The translations under genes and the position numbers were made by a program. The notes under the pieces are model-generated. The model ran no database searches and was not told where the DNA came from. It saw only the letters and a list, made by a program, of their open reading frames with translations. Positions 1 to 22,077 of a stretch of 64,000 nucleotides of DNA are shown piece by piece (the stretch's first letter is position 1; each line of letters opens with the position of its first letter). Source of the DNA: Schmidtea polychroa (lineage: Eukaryota); contig CM097885.1 of the NCBI GenBank assembly GCA_044892525.1, positions 14,510,001 through 14,574,000 of the forward strand, read 5' to 3'.

Positions 1-545
1 AATAAACAAGAGGCAGTAAGAAAATCTCTAGAGAAAAATTGGAACAGATTTGTGAACGAAAAACAGGAAAGGAGCCATTAATTTAGACAAGGTAAAAGGA
101 GTTCATTATTTGTGTTGTGTAAGGATAAATTATTATCCTTGTGAATTGAATTAATTAAGCGAACACAAAGCACCGATAGCGGCTTTCGTGTTACCTGGTA
201 GCCCCAAAATCAGCCCTCTTTCTTTACCGTCATCTTTCCAATTTATTTAGCGATCGTTGTGCTACACAGGAGCCATCGATCTCTTGCAGGCTGTGGTAAA
301 CAGTAAGGATTAATAAATCCGTTTTCTTGTATTCTTTGCACATATATTATAAATTCCTGTTGTAAATTATTAAATACATTTTTATAAAAAGAGAAAGGAG
401 TTTGTTTTAATTCAGTGATTTAAACTTACACTTTGCAACCACATTAAATATAACATATTTATATTTATTTGTATTTATTTATCTTAATTAAATTATTGGA
501 GTCATTTGTGTTAAGATCTGTAGTCCCCGTTTTTCGATCTTAACA
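1..545 (+). mobile_element. Probable 3' part of an LTR, cut by the window edge
   Basis: Less AT-rich non-coding stretch with AATAAA, ending in ...GATCTTAACA at 545. No partner LTR or TSD is visible. Confidence 0.3.
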
Positions 546-1176
546 ATATGGACAGAGGACTCTTAGTCCCAGGTTATTTTTGCACACTAAAAAGTGCTAA
601 TATTGATTCAAAAGTGTAAGAGAAGATTCTTTGAGATTTTTAAAAAATTATCGCTGAGTACTACATCTAAAATAAAATATGAAAAAAGTTGATTTTGTGG
701 AAGATGGCGAAAATTGTAACGTTACGTTTTATATTTTCATTTTGCAACACTGGCTATTATCTTTAGTGGAACACAGAAATCTACAAATATTCTTTCGAAT
801 AATACCGGTACAGGTGAACATTTAATCGGCTTTAAATTTTATTATTATTAATTTTTGTTTATTGCACAGTTCAATATATTGTATTACTTCTCAGATTATT
901 TATATTTTGAACAATTTTGAATTCGGCATGACATAAAATATTATTAAAATTAACTCTTTCATTACTTGTAACCCACCTCTGTAGTGCTTCTGACTTCCAC
1001 ATTAATAAAAATAATTAAACTTAAAATATATTATTAAATTAATTAAATTGAAATAATTGTTTAAATATTCAAAAAAACAATTTAAAAAAAAGAAAAACAT
1101 TATTAACAATTCATGCATCTTTCATCATTTCAATCACTAACCCACATCAAAACCTTTAAAAATCAAACGCCAATAA

Positions 1177-1467
1177 TTTGTCTTCCAAGTCGAGATTTCT
1201 CTGTTGATGACCTTGATCATCGACACCTTCTATTTGACCAAAAAAAATTTCCGTATCAGCTGAACTGACCCATACGTCTTCGATTGCAAAAAAGAAGTTA
1301 ATAATCAAAGTTGTTCCAATTAAATAATCCAATACTTTTACATCATATGATACTGGAGTCGACATGCTGAAATGCGAATTCATCATCAATCTCGGTACAA
1401 TAGCCAGATCAAGTGTCCATGCTTTCGTGGAAACATTGACTGCTGGAGCAAATATTTCTATCATTGT
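1177..1467 (+). pseudogene. HSP90: Hsp90 N-terminal ATPase-domain pseudogene fragment (copy 1)
   Basis: Manual translation gives FVFQVEISLLMTLIIDTFY...KKLIIKVVP..SYDTGVDMLKCEFIINLGTIARSSVHAFVETLTAGANISII. This matches Hsp90 [19 protein letters not shown]...[39 protein letters not shown]. Stops and frameshifts are present. The listed ORF 1156..1473(-) is its antisense shadow. Confidence 0.9.
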
Positions 1468-1777
1468 TTTCAATAAAAACTTTATGCACCATTTTGAATT
1501 CGGTGTGACACAAAATATTATGTCTGAATAAAATCAACTCTTACATTACTTGTATCCCACTTCTTTGAGTTTTCTATTTTTATAATGTTTTCCTTATCTT
1601 CCAAAAAAATAATAAAATAAAAATTTATATTACGTTATAACGTTATATTTAATATAAAACCTTTTATTGGGAAGCAAGATAAAATCACTAACAATTGATT
1701 AAAAAAGTTGTAATAAAATGTTCTAAACAAAAATAAAATCATAAAATTATTTAATGACAGCTGATAAACATAAATTA

Positions 1778-1997
1778 TTGGAATCTTTATCTGGAATAAC
1801 TTTGACCATTAACTCCTTTTGGCAATCGAAGACATATGGCTCTCGTAACAAACTTTATCATGAGATTCATTAGAATCGCGAATTAGTTTTCTAAGGTAAA
1901 TTTATTTGGTTGAATAGAAGGTGTTGATGATCAAGCTCATCAACAGAGAGACCACAGCTAGGAAAACGAAGATTTCAGCTTCTCGAATTTTTGGCAT
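1778..1997 (-). pseudogene. HSP90: Hsp90 N-terminal pseudogene fragment (copy 2, inverted)
   Basis: From ATG at 1997: [52 protein letters not shown], then after a frameshift KELMVKVIPDK. Confidence 0.9.
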
Positions 1998-2479
1998 ATT
2001 TTTTTATTGATTTTGGTGAGAGTTAACGTTTGAGATGTCGAATGATGCATGAATTGTTTTATATCATTTTTGAATGAAAAGAATGTTTAAACAGTAATTT
2101 TAATTTAATTAATTTAATAATATATTTTAAGTTTAATTATTAAGTTGATATTATTAAGTCAGAGGCAACTTCAGTTTCAACTAAAAATGCTAAATAGACG
2201 ACATATTTATACATAACCAAAATTAATGCATCTTCTAATGAATCTTCATCTATATTTGCTTCTTTTATCTGTTAACCCGATTTTTCCCAATGCAACCAAT
2301 TGGTCACTCAAAAAACCCAAAAAGTACAACTTCGTGACAAAATGGTAACTTCTCCTATAGGTCAAACCCTTAAAGTTTTCTAATTAATTAACAATTATTA
2401 CTTCTAGAAGCTCCTTAAGTAAAATAAATAATAAAAATCTATGCATTTTAACAAAAATAAATCTGGGACAAAATAGGTA

Positions 2480-3605
2480 TATATCCACATTATCGCTGAA
2501 AAAAGTCTTTCAACCGAAACCTGTGTCGCAGATGCAGCTAGGGGGATTTTTCCTGCTTTCACAATTCTTTTATCTTTCTTATCCCAGAATTCAAAACCAT
2601 TTGTAGAAGATTGCTGAATTTCAAATTTATCAAAACTGTTGTTATCGTAACTCCAAAATACGCTATAATTAACACTATAAAAAATTTATTAGATACGAAA
2701 TTCTTGTACAGCTGTGATCGGAATTTGATCAGTTTATGATATTGACTGATTGTAGTTCTGGTGCTGGGTGATGAATTGCATATGAATCTTTAGTGAACTC
2801 CATCTTTACTTCACTATGCTCCATTTTTGAACGTGCGTTTTTCTATCGTTTTATTTAAACAAAGTTTTTTAAATCTTTTATTTTTTTATATAATAATTTA
2901 GTATAATATAATATAATATTATCTATTTATGTAAATTTCTAAATATACATAAAATAGAGGCACTATAACTATTTATTAGTGAATCTAGAGAATTTCTTTT
3001 TCATTTTTGTTTTCATTTGACTTAGCTAATTAATTTTCATATAATAATTTAATAAATCATCACCTGTCGTTTCAGTTGGCATTGATATTTGCGTTGCTAT
3101 CACCGTTGATCGGATCAAGTCATTATTATTGCTATTTAGATTTTCAAATTCATTGAATACTAAGTTATATGATTTTGCTAAATGCTGCTCACCTAAATCT
3201 TTAGCAGGACCATTTAATAAATTTTGTTAACTCAGATCATCATACATAACAGCCATGATAGGCGCACGATTGGACAATAAACATTTTTCTCTGTTTTCCA
3301 AAGTAGATGCTAAAAATTTACAAAATGTACTTTGAGAGGTAGGCATAGGCTTCACTCATGATCATTTCATTTGATCGAAGACAAATAGCTGTTTCATATG
3401 AATGTTTTAACGCTGCTATCACATTTTCCATTTTGAATTCCACCTTGTTATCACATTTTAGATCGGTTTTCTTATTTCTTTGGTTCTTGTCGATGCAAGA
3501 ACCGTCAGAGTTTTTAATTTGATTACCATAACTGGTGTTTTTTCTCTATTTGTTTTAAAAACGGATACCTTTGTTAGAACGTCTTTAATTGCAAGTTGTA
3601 GCGTA
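2480..3605 (-). mobile_element. Decayed hAT transposase
   Basis: Collinear broken motifs TLQLAIKDVL, RKPI*NVITRWNS, FEFW...PLAASATQVSVERLFS (hAT TRWNS and dimerisation motifs). Confidence 0.75.
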
Positions 3606-4504
3606 TATATCATACATATAATAAGTGTTAAAATGTTGATTTGATAGTAAGCAATTCATTCATCACCGTGCTGTTACTTACGGGGGCCCAATGCGATTGC
3701 ACCTTTTACGCTTGCTATAGTACGGCGCTTAATTCAGTTCATCTCTAACTAAATCTAAATCGTTTCTAAATCATTTTCATATCCTATTTGGGTGATCCCA
3801 ACCAATGCAGAATTTTATAATAAATTACGTCCAATGTATAAATATTTTTTGCTTAAATGTTATATTTTTTAAAGGGTTTTGTAATTTTATCACAAATATA
3901 CGGACTAGTACGCATTAAGGTCATCTATCCCTTAAGGTCAGTAATCAGTAATCCTTTAAGGTCATCTATCCAATTCCTTTGTTCTTCCGTTGAGGTCACA
4001 ATTTTACTTGAAAACCGAACTTTCACTGGTGATTTCTATGTCGATACAAAAGAAATCTATTTAGAAATATTTATTAATAATAAAAATTTACCGAAAAAAT
4101 TTGACATCTGTGAATACTTTTCTAAATTTCGATTTATCTTTTCAAATTTAAAATTTCCAACGATCGTGCGTGCTATGTAAATTGTTATATGTTGTGTTAT
4201 ACTTGCTTTGTGTTTGCGTGCAAAAAAGTACGTGTAAGACGTTTCTGTCTGTCTTTTAAAATGATAAAAGTCTCTTGGAGATTAACTAAACAAGACTCAG
4301 GAATCAACGTAAAGATTTTTAGGCGAACAATACTGTTTTTTTGTGTCGCTATTTATATAAATCTTGTAAATAAATAATTTACAAATAGAACGCATTACAC
4401 AGTGTTGTTTAAATAAATGTGAACACAACTAATAATTTAAAGAAATTATTTATTGATTACAAACACCAAATCAGAGAAAAGTATTACATTTGCATGTTTT
4501 AAAT

Positions 4505-4770
4505 AGCAAATATGTCCTCCTTTTGCTTTTACAACGTTTGCAACACGTCGTTTTTATCCATATGAGATGTAGACTTTCGTTGTCACTTTTTTTTGTCACG
4601 AGATCTCGGTCCTTGTACCAGAAATTGTTTTCATGAGAGAACAACACGTTTCTTCAATCTTCAACAATCCAGCTCACATATTTTTTGGCCCAAATATATC
4701 TTTTTTTCTTCATGGCAGCGGCCAATCTTAGCAAGAGTCTTGATACGCTTTTTGACAGAAATATTCATGT
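4505..4770 (-). mobile_element. Tc1/mariner transposase relic
   Basis: RRVANVVKAKGGHI resembles the Tc1 C-terminal RRLxAVIKAKGGHT motif. The rest is highly decayed. Confidence 0.4.
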
Positions 4771-5194
4771 TCTAAAATAAAAAATAGGCAGTCTGGATAC
4801 AACCTTAGTAAAACAATTGTGATTGAAATTGATTGAACGACTTACCCATCATGATTGAAATTGTTTTTTTTTGTAATTTCTATAACTTCATGTAAAAGTT
4901 TTTTGACGTGAGAAAGCATCTTTACAAATTTGTTTTCTATATTTTTTTCATAGATATCGGAATGTTAGCGTTTTAAATGCTGTTAGGGATTTCCACTATG
5001 ATTTCCAGCAATAGACATTTACTTCTATTGTTCATATATTTTCAATTTTGACTTATCTTTCCATATCTCAGTGTGGTCCAACCTATGTGTCGTGGCGCAT
5101 GATCAAGTGTATCGCGGAAACTTTATAAAAAATTTATAAAAAAACGTACTTTGCATATCTTATTCAGAAAAATAATTGTTTTTTTCATTAATAA

Positions 5195-5445
5195 AATTTA
5201 TTAAAAAGAGAGTTTGAAGACTATAAATCAGTAATATATCGATGTTTGTTGATACTCACGAATCTTCGGCACTGCCTTTTTCAAGGTCTCTTTTTAATAA
5301 ATCCCTTTCATTATATTTGTCGATAAAAATGTTTTTTTTTAAATTTATCTTTGTAATTTTCAAGGCAGTGCCGAAAATTCGTGAGTATCAACAAACATCG
5401 ATATATTACTGATTTACAGTCTTCAAACTCTCTTTTTAATAAATT
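5195..5445. repeat. Fold-back element with 84-bp inverted arms (MITE-like)
   Basis: 5195-5278 is the reverse complement of 5362-5445 with about 2 mismatches. Related pieces lie near 42205-42295, 48477-48550 and 50957-51043. Confidence 0.85.
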
Positions 5446-5539
5446 CAATGGAAAAAATAATCAGTGGTGAAATTGGAAGAAAAAAAGTTCTTATAATACA
5501 TTAATAAAATATTTAATATCGGTTTTTTCAAAAATTTAG

Positions 5540-13971
<8,432 letters not shown>

Positions 13972-15850
13972 ACAATTTTTGTGGTAAACAATGAAAGATA
14001 TTTCATAGCTATATTAAATATGGTAAATGATAAATTATTGAACTAAATGAATTCAGAGAAATTGATTTGTGAATATCACTTATTTGCAAGTAGAAATCAA
14101 TTATTGATAACATCTAACCAATAAAATTAATATATTGAATCCAACCAATGAGCAACTGCATTAAGTTGATTGCATAGAAGCTAACCAATGACAATGCATA
14201 AAATATCAATTAACCAATACTCGATGTGTTGGAGTTTGGCGTTACTTTATGTTTGTATTATCAGCAATGTTGCTATCAGATTTGTGCCGTTAAGCATTTA
14301 AAATGTTTATTGATGACTTAGTGACGTGAAATTATTGCTCGTAAGCCCTCAGGTGTAGAAATGGTTATTTCTGTTCAGTGGCGGACTAAGCGGTACTGAA
14401 GGCCTCCGAGGTCTTAAAAAGTCTTTTCATTTGGGTTCGAGGAAATTTATTCTTTTTTGTATATCAAATAATTATTTTCCGTTTATTTAAAGCTAACTAT
14501 TTTAAAACGATTCTTTAATATACCTTTTTCTTTCGACCAATTAAAAACTAATTAAATTTGCAAAAATGTAAAATTAATATTTTTCGGTGGAGAAAATGGT
14601 AAACGCTGCCAAATGAAATGTTAGCTCACGGGTAATCATTCAAAAAAACCGCATAAATTGTTTGAGAATAATAGATAATATTCATTTGGGCGTCTCAGTG
14701 AGTAAGAATAACAAATCCCATTAAAGGAGGAAGGAATTGATATACATACGCAATTCGACAAATAGTAATTTATCACTGGATATAGTTGAAAAATGAAATG
14801 AGCGAATTAAATTGGAATTATAAAAGGGTCCCTTCCCTGGAGATTCTCGTTAACTTGATTGAACGAAGTGTAATTTATTTGTGATTCCATAAAGCAGTAA
14901 TATCCCAGTATTATTAGGATATCTTATAATTTTGAAGATATTTTTATAAAAGAAAACATTAATACTTTTCGTTTTAGATTTCTTGTAACTGCCTGCAGTT
15001 TTCCGAGTTAAACAAAGAAATAGTCTTTCATTTATTTAGGATCAAATGATAATATATATTTGCACATAGCTCACGTAGAAATATTTATTGCCATTAAGCA
15101 GCGGTTAGCTTTAATAAAATATCTGAATTTTATTTCATTTAAACAAATTTCACTGCAACAGATTTTAATTTTGTTTTGTTCATAGCTGGTAAGCATTATT
15201 TTATGCATCTTTATTACTCACAAATATATGAGATGGATATAAATTCTTACAAATTGCTAATACGTTTTTAGAACAAATACGCGTTTCTCTCACGCACCAA
15301 CTCAATGGTAAAATAAAGCAAATCATAAAAAATTTTCAAGACAACTGAGTATGCCTATTTGAGGCTTCAAAATTGCAGTGTTCCTGATGAATAATGAAGA
15401 ATTCCTTTGAATAATGAGGAAATAATGAACAATTCCTTTAGATTTCAAAATGGTTCTTATTGATGATGATATTTGAAAGAGTAAAAATGGGAATTTTTAG
15501 AAAATTATTGAAAACTAATTAAATATGCAAAAATGTAAAATTAATATTTTTCCTTGAAGAAAATGGTAAACGGTGCCAAATGAAATGTTAAAAACGTAGA
15601 GTTAGGTCATTCACGAAAAACCCATAAATTGTTTGAGAATAATAGAATAAAGCAGTGGTTTCCAACCTGGGAGGCGCCAAAAATTTTGGGCAAAAAAATA
15701 ATTTTCATACCATAATTATTATTTCGTCTCTTTTAGCACTTCGAGTCTAAAATTACCAAATAAAAAATAAAAAAATTTAAACTCCTTTACATAATAACAA
15801 GAAATGTCAAATTCCAGCTATTCTTTACCTTTAAACATCAAGATAATTAA

Positions 15851-15957
<107 letters not shown>

Positions 15958-15964
15958 TAAAAAA

Positions 15965-16480
15965 TCACTCTCCATTTTGTTCTTCCGAACAGCTTACACA
16001 AATTGACGCCGCGTGTCTAGAGCATATATTTTACCGTATGAAACGCATACTGTCGAATATTTTCTGTCAAGATTTCGAGGGCAATGTATGCATCTTTTTA
16101 TGGCTGGTCGAACTTCATTTTGAGATTGTTCTTGTAAAATATTGTTACTATGAAGTGCATAATATGTCGGCGTTGTGTTCGTGTGAGGGTTTGTATAGTA
16201 CTTCTATATTTCAGGTAGTCATCAAAAAGAGAAAAATCTAATCAAGCAAAAAAAATACGTAATCGGTCGCGTGGGGTCTTTACAAGCCCACGCGCAAACA
16301 AAAATCTGCTCTACTCATGCGTCGTGCGAAAACTCAGCTGCGCATATTGAGACAGCTATTGAGACACACAAACCTCTAACTTAAATAATTAAAAATTTAT
16401 TTCAGTTTTTCTAAGCTCCGGTCCTCTAAAGACCCCACGCGACCGACGATGTAAGAAAAATGGGCGCTACCGACGTAGAG
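15965..16480 (-). mobile_element. Internally deleted piggyBac-like element
   Basis: Minus strand gives [32 protein letters not shown] (piggyBac cysteine-rich C-terminus). 20-bp subterminal inverted repeats at 16263-16282/16427-16446, and TTAA at 16481. Confidence 0.7.
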
Positions 16481-17049
16481 TTAATTAGTAGTTTAATATA
16501 CAAATAAATATACATGTTCTTATGTTATAGCAAAACCTTGTTTTTTTTCTGTTAATTGTAGTTTTAATTTTTTTGTGATAAAGTTATTATTGTTTAAAAC
16601 GTGTTTGTATTATTATATATATATTAAAAAAGAGATGGGTAGGCGCGGTAGCATAAAGGTTGGAAACCGCTGGAATAAAGACATAAATCAAGTAGAGAAT
16701 TTCGTACCATTAATAATAGAGAACCAAGACAACTTGAAGTATGCTGAGTATGACTATTTGAGACTTCAAAAATAAAGTGACAAAAATGCATACACATTTT
16801 TGCACTGAATAAACGCATCCTATAATGTAAAAATAAAATCAATACGTGTATATTATATAAACATACAAACTTAAACACACAAAAACAAACATACAAAAAC
16901 AAACATACATACAAACAAAAACATGTTAAATTTAGCACGTTGAATTCCGTATAGATTACAGGTAAAGTAACGTTGTGGCGTTTACCGGTGAATGAAAAAT
17001 TAATGAAATATTTAACATAATATTTTTTTTTATTTCAATACAACATGTA

Positions 17050-17480
17050 AGATTAAATTCTCTCAATGGAGGTTTATTTGGAATAGTTTGGAATAGGTTT
17101 CTTGAATCTTTTTCATCACAATATTTCAACACAACTTCTTGATACTCGATTTGTTTTCTGCACTATATTTGAAGGAAATAATTTAACTTCTCCATATCGA
17201 TAATGATTTTCTTTCAAATATTGTCGAAATTTTACGCCATCGAAACCATTAATGATCTTAGCATAAAACTGTGATTATACTGCAAAGTAGATACTCCATA
17301 TGATGAAACCAAATAAAACACTTCATTTCATCAGAATTCGTTCCAGACCATTTATCCAGACGATGTTCTCGTTTTCTGATTTTCTTTGCGCAGCATGTGT
17401 TCGTTGGATGCGTATAATTTGAAGAGAAAATAAAAACTAGGGAATTCACCATATTATTATAACAGATATTATTATCTAAT
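17050..17480 (-). mobile_element. piggyBac transposase relic
   Basis: KWSGTNSDEMKCFI and GFDGVKFRQYLKENHYRYG resemble the piggyBac WxxTxxxEMKxFIG and FxGRxxFRQYxPxKxxxYG motifs. Confidence 0.6.
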
Positions 17481-17998
17481 TGTTCGACGCGCTCAACATA
17501 AATGAGCAATTTGACAAAGAAAGAAAAAAAAGAAAAGTCACTGAATTCTTGCGAAACAAAGAAAAAGGTAACCAGTGATCTCCACTACATAATATTTCAT
17601 CAAAATATGTAATGCATAAGACGAACAGGCAATGTTACGTGTTGGAGAAAGATTAAATTTGATGTCAATTGATAAATGGTTTCAGTTCCAAAAAGTTCAT
17701 TACATTATCTTAAGGACAGAGGATTTTATCTAACATCTTCAGATTGTTCATAATCAGGATTTACAAGAAATATATTTTGTTCCATTAATTTATATCAAAA
17801 ATACAAAACAACAATAAACATAAGAAAACATATCAAAATAAAAAAATCTTTACAACTGACAAATATTATCAATTTCTTTTCAAACTATAAATCAATATTT
17901 ATGATTAAAAATAACTCAATGGCCAATTAAAAATGGCCAATGAAAATTAAAACAAAAAGAAATTTCATTTATAAATATTTCTAAATAACTCGCTTTCA

Positions 17999-19235
17999 TC
18001 ATAATTGTGTCTTGAATCTCTAAATTGAAAAATAATTTTTCTAAATAAAAAAAAATTCATTCGACTTACTCTTGGTTTTTTAAACTGATACTCCTTGGGT
18101 TTTCCAGTGAATTTATTCTTCAAATTATTCAACAATCCAACAAACGGGCCGTCCTTAAATGAAAGAAATATTTTTCATCCTTGAAATAATTTAACATACT
18201 ACTAAAGCTTCAATAATTAGCTGGGAATTTGCCTCATTATCTGCACTCTCTGAAGATCTCATTGCTATTTCCAGTGCGTTAAGATTTTCACGATTTTTCA
18301 TGTGTTTTTTTGCACCGTTTTTCACCAACTTTTTAACGATTTCTAAATTTTTTTTTGCAGTTGCCAAATGAAGAGGAGAATCGTGATTTTCGTTTAGTTC
18401 ATTAACGTTGCTCTTAGACTTTATTAATAACTTTGCTGCGCCCGTCTTATCCTGCCTAATGGCCGCGTGCAGAGCCGTGTCTCCGTACTGAAATAACACG
18501 TAAAGATTTTAAAGTGATTTTTGTCTATTACTTTGTTTTTTGCATTAACATCTGGCTTGTATGATAAAATTAATTTTAAAACGTTTACATTGCCCGTTTT
18601 GGCAGCCATATGCAAAGGTGAATTGAAATCCTGAAAAAGAGAAATTTTATTTGATTTTTTGAAAATTATTTTTTTATTACGCGATTTTTTGAATGTAAAT
18701 TCATTTTCTCATCGTCTTTTTCAAGGAGATATTTTATGAATTCAGTCGCCTCCTGTTCAACTGCCAAATGCAATAGATTCTTGCCATCTTGGTTCTTCAT
18801 GTTCACAACAGTCAAATTGCAAAGAAGTTTAAACGAATCTAAATTTTTGATTTTCAAAGCAAGACCCGCTGGCGTGAGATTATCCTATTGGTAAATGGGA
18901 TGTTAATGTCGCTCTTAATTGTCTAAGCAAGTCTTACTTCGTTCATTGATTCTGTCATTTTTCTGAAGGTTTTAACAAGAAATTTAATGACTTCAATTTT
19001 GTTTTTTCGAGTTGCATAATGAAGTGGAGTGTCGTAATACTTTATAAGAAATATCAAAATGGTAACTAAAACAAATAAATTCAACCTCATGCAAACAATC
19101 AATTGATATTCCGTTGAAATCAACCAGTGTTTTAGATCCTTCATTATATCTGACATCCTTGAGTAACTTCTCCAATTCAATAATATTTTCTCCATCAATT
19201 AATTCAAAAAGCTTTATTTTCGCTAAATTTTCCAT
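17999..19235 (-). CDS. Ankyrin-repeat protein, 7 exons, ~315 aa
   Basis: Exons 19235-19086, 19039-18938, 18884-18681, 18630-18532, 18487-18200, 18153-18070 and 18019-17999, joined by six phase-0 GT-AG introns of 44-53 nt. Repeats include TPLHYA, NLLHLA, SPLHMA, TALHAA and SPLHLA. Confidence 0.9.
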
Positions 19236-19873
19236 TAAATTTTGAACAAATTGTTTTAATTATTGAGTTTAATCAAACAAATAATTTCTCTTTATATCTT
19301 TCGAAAATTTTTACAATAATTTCAATAAGTTTTTAAATTTAATGTTTTATTTTAGAAGAATTTTTAAAAATATTTTTTAAATAGAACTTTAATTGAAAGG
19401 CATTTTATCGCTAATAATATTCGATTTTAAAATTGTTTTGAAAATTTTTGAAAATTATTTTTACATATAATAAAATATTATTTATAAAAAAATATTATCA
19501 CAAAGTTTAGTGATAAAAAGATACAGTGATAATTATGAGTAGTGTTGGTGTAAGGGGTTTGTTCTACCTCTATATTCATTTTTTTTTGAAATTTGAAAAA
19601 CTTTTAACTGAAAAAATCGAAAAAGTTAAAAAATTTTAAATAATTTGTCTTCTAAAACGAGTAAGACTTTCTAATTTCCGTTTTCGTATATGTTTCATAG
19701 GGTTTCCAATACCGGTATTTTTAAAATCAGAATCCCGTTAATACCGGTTAAAGGTCAATACCAAAATTCATAATTGCCGAAACTCTGACCCGGTAATATT
19801 GATATCAATAAAAAAGTCAGCAAATGAGCTTCTAAATTATTTAATACTGAAAACAGATTTCCACCCATCTTGG

Positions 19874-21020
19874 CAGTGCCGGTTCTAGGAGTTTTCTGTG
19901 TGTAGGCAAGATGCGAATTTGCCGCTGCAAAAATAAAAAATGTAATTTTTAAATTGGAGAAAAATAGAAAAACACTGAATATCTGAACTTAATAAATATA
20001 TTTGTATTTTAATACGAAAAATTAAACACAATTCAGTTTATAAAAAATAAAAAATAACAAAACATATAATAATGAAAAGTGAATTTTTCTCGCTTTTAAT
20101 TCTCCAAAACCCTTAACCAAATCTTCCATGTCTAATTGATCAGCAATTTCTTTTTCTATGGAAGTTGTGGCTAGACCAACTAAACCAGTGTTGTCCAAAC
20201 TGTGTGCCGCGGCGGGTGGCCAGGTGTGCCGTGAAATTTTTTTAAAAAAAGTCAAAAAAACCCTGTTTTCCAAACAACTTAATAAAAGGAAATTGAATTG
20301 TGGATATTTTAACAGTTATTTCAAATTTAAATGTTAATCAGTCAATTAAGTGCGAAATTTATTTATTTACATATTTATATTTCATATTTATATTTCTTAC
20401 TAGAAATATTGCACATAAATCTCATTAACTATGTTTTATGAATTTTTCATTCACTAATTTTTCTAAATTTAAAATTTTTTACATTAAATTTATTTCAAGT
20501 AAATAAGTTTTTCATTTCTTATTAAAAGATTAGTAAAAGTGCAATAAAAAATTGCAAATAAAGCAAAAAAAATTTAGGTGTGTCGCGAAAATTTTTAATT
20601 CAGCCAAGTGTGCCGTGGCTCAAAAAAGTTTGGACAACACTGAACTAAATGATCTTGACACATTTGTGATCTCAGACAAGGTTTTATTATTTTCAGCTTT
20701 GATAAACTTCTTTCAGCACTAGCAACTGTGACTGGTAACGTTAGCAGTATTTGAAGTGCTATCAACAGGTTGGGGACTACTTCAACAATTTTAGACGTGT
20801 AAATATATTTTAACACACTTTTTAGATCGCTTTTCGAAGTATCAAGTCGTTTTCCTATAGCTTTAATTTCATCCCAAAGTTCGACCCCACTGATGTCTGA
20901 TTGGCCATTGGATGTAAGCACTAACTGCAAGTTCTTACATTGTTTTAATAATTCATCATCCATAAATTTCTTACTACCGATATTGTAAAGAAACCCAAAT
21001 AACTCCCAAATAAAACCCAA
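19874..21020 (-). mobile_element. hAT (Tip100/Zaphod-type) 3' end with transposase C-terminus, split by a MITE
   Basis: LLTLPVTVASAERSLSKLKIIK..LRSQMCQD continues past the MITE as GLATTSIEKEIADQLD..F..LKARK. Terminus CAGTGCCGG at 19874. Confidence 0.85.
20186..20642. mobile_element. hAT-type MITE, 457 bp
   Basis: TIR CAGTGTTGTCCAAACT...AGTTTGGACAACACTG, with 8-bp TSD AACTAAAC/AACTAAAT. A related single end is at ~5069. Confidence 0.92.
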
Positions 21021-21784
21021 ATTGTCCCAGAGAATTTCTAATAATTACTAAAATAATTTAAATGCATACAAATGCATTAGGATCTGGGATTTTAGTACTG
21101 CACAGTCATAGGCTAGAAAACCATATGCTCGTCAGGTCATTAGCAGTTCTTATTGTAGAACTCACTTATTGCAGAAAGTCACCCGCTAAATCTTAGTATC
21201 AACGTCGCTTGAGACGGGCTTTTAGTAATCGATAAAAATAATTATGTGTGGTTACTAGTGGTACTGAAGACAGCGAAGGTGTTGAGCAGATAAGCTGCTA
21301 GAAGTGAAAGATTCTCCCCATAAGTAACCCATCATACGTGCAACTGCTTGCGCATATAAATTTATTATTTTTGTTTTACTTTTTATTTAATTTTTGTCAT
21401 ATGATTATTTTAGATTTTGATTGAAGTTTTTTGTTAAATATAAATAACTTCAGACGGTTCATGTGTTCGCTGACCTCGTCTCGACCTATTATTCATAATT
21501 ACTTTAGATTAATTTTTACTAATTTTTAGAAAGTTCTTAATAACGAACATCGAGTGTCTCAAACAGTTTCAATGACGGATATTACCTCCAAGGATTTCCA
21601 TAATTAATGTATTCATAACTAATTTCAAAATTTTGGGAAATTTCCCCAGAAACAATATACTCAACACGTTTTAATTCCAGAATACGTATAATTTGAACCT
21701 CTATATTAACTTTGCCTAAAAATTGATTAATTTAAGAAACAACAAAATTCAATACTAATAATGCATATTGAAACACTTTATGTA

Positions 21785-22077
21785 CAGAGGTGAGCTATGA
21801 AATTTTAAAAAGGGGTTCGCTCTTTTTTTCCCTCGAGTATCGTATGAAAGAGTACCATAGTAATGTGTTACTGCATCTGACATATAAAAAAACAAAATAA
21901 TGTCAATTAAATGGTTTATTTTACAAGAAACTCATCCTTTACAAATGTATGTAATGAAAATGATTTGAATGTATTATATAAAAATAGTTACCAAGAAGAA
22001 CAAGGGACTCTAAATCATAGAATAATTTAACAAAGGGCTCGCACGAGCCCCCTTGAGCCTCCTAGAGCTTACCACTG
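21785..22077. mobile_element. hAT-type MITE, 293 bp
   Basis: CAGAGGTGAGCT...AGCTTACCACTG with a perfect 8-bp TSD TTTATGTA. Confidence 0.88.

Noticed and set aside
3857..4377. ORFs of 107 and 62 aa
   Set aside because: AT-driven composition, no motifs and no supporting exon structure.
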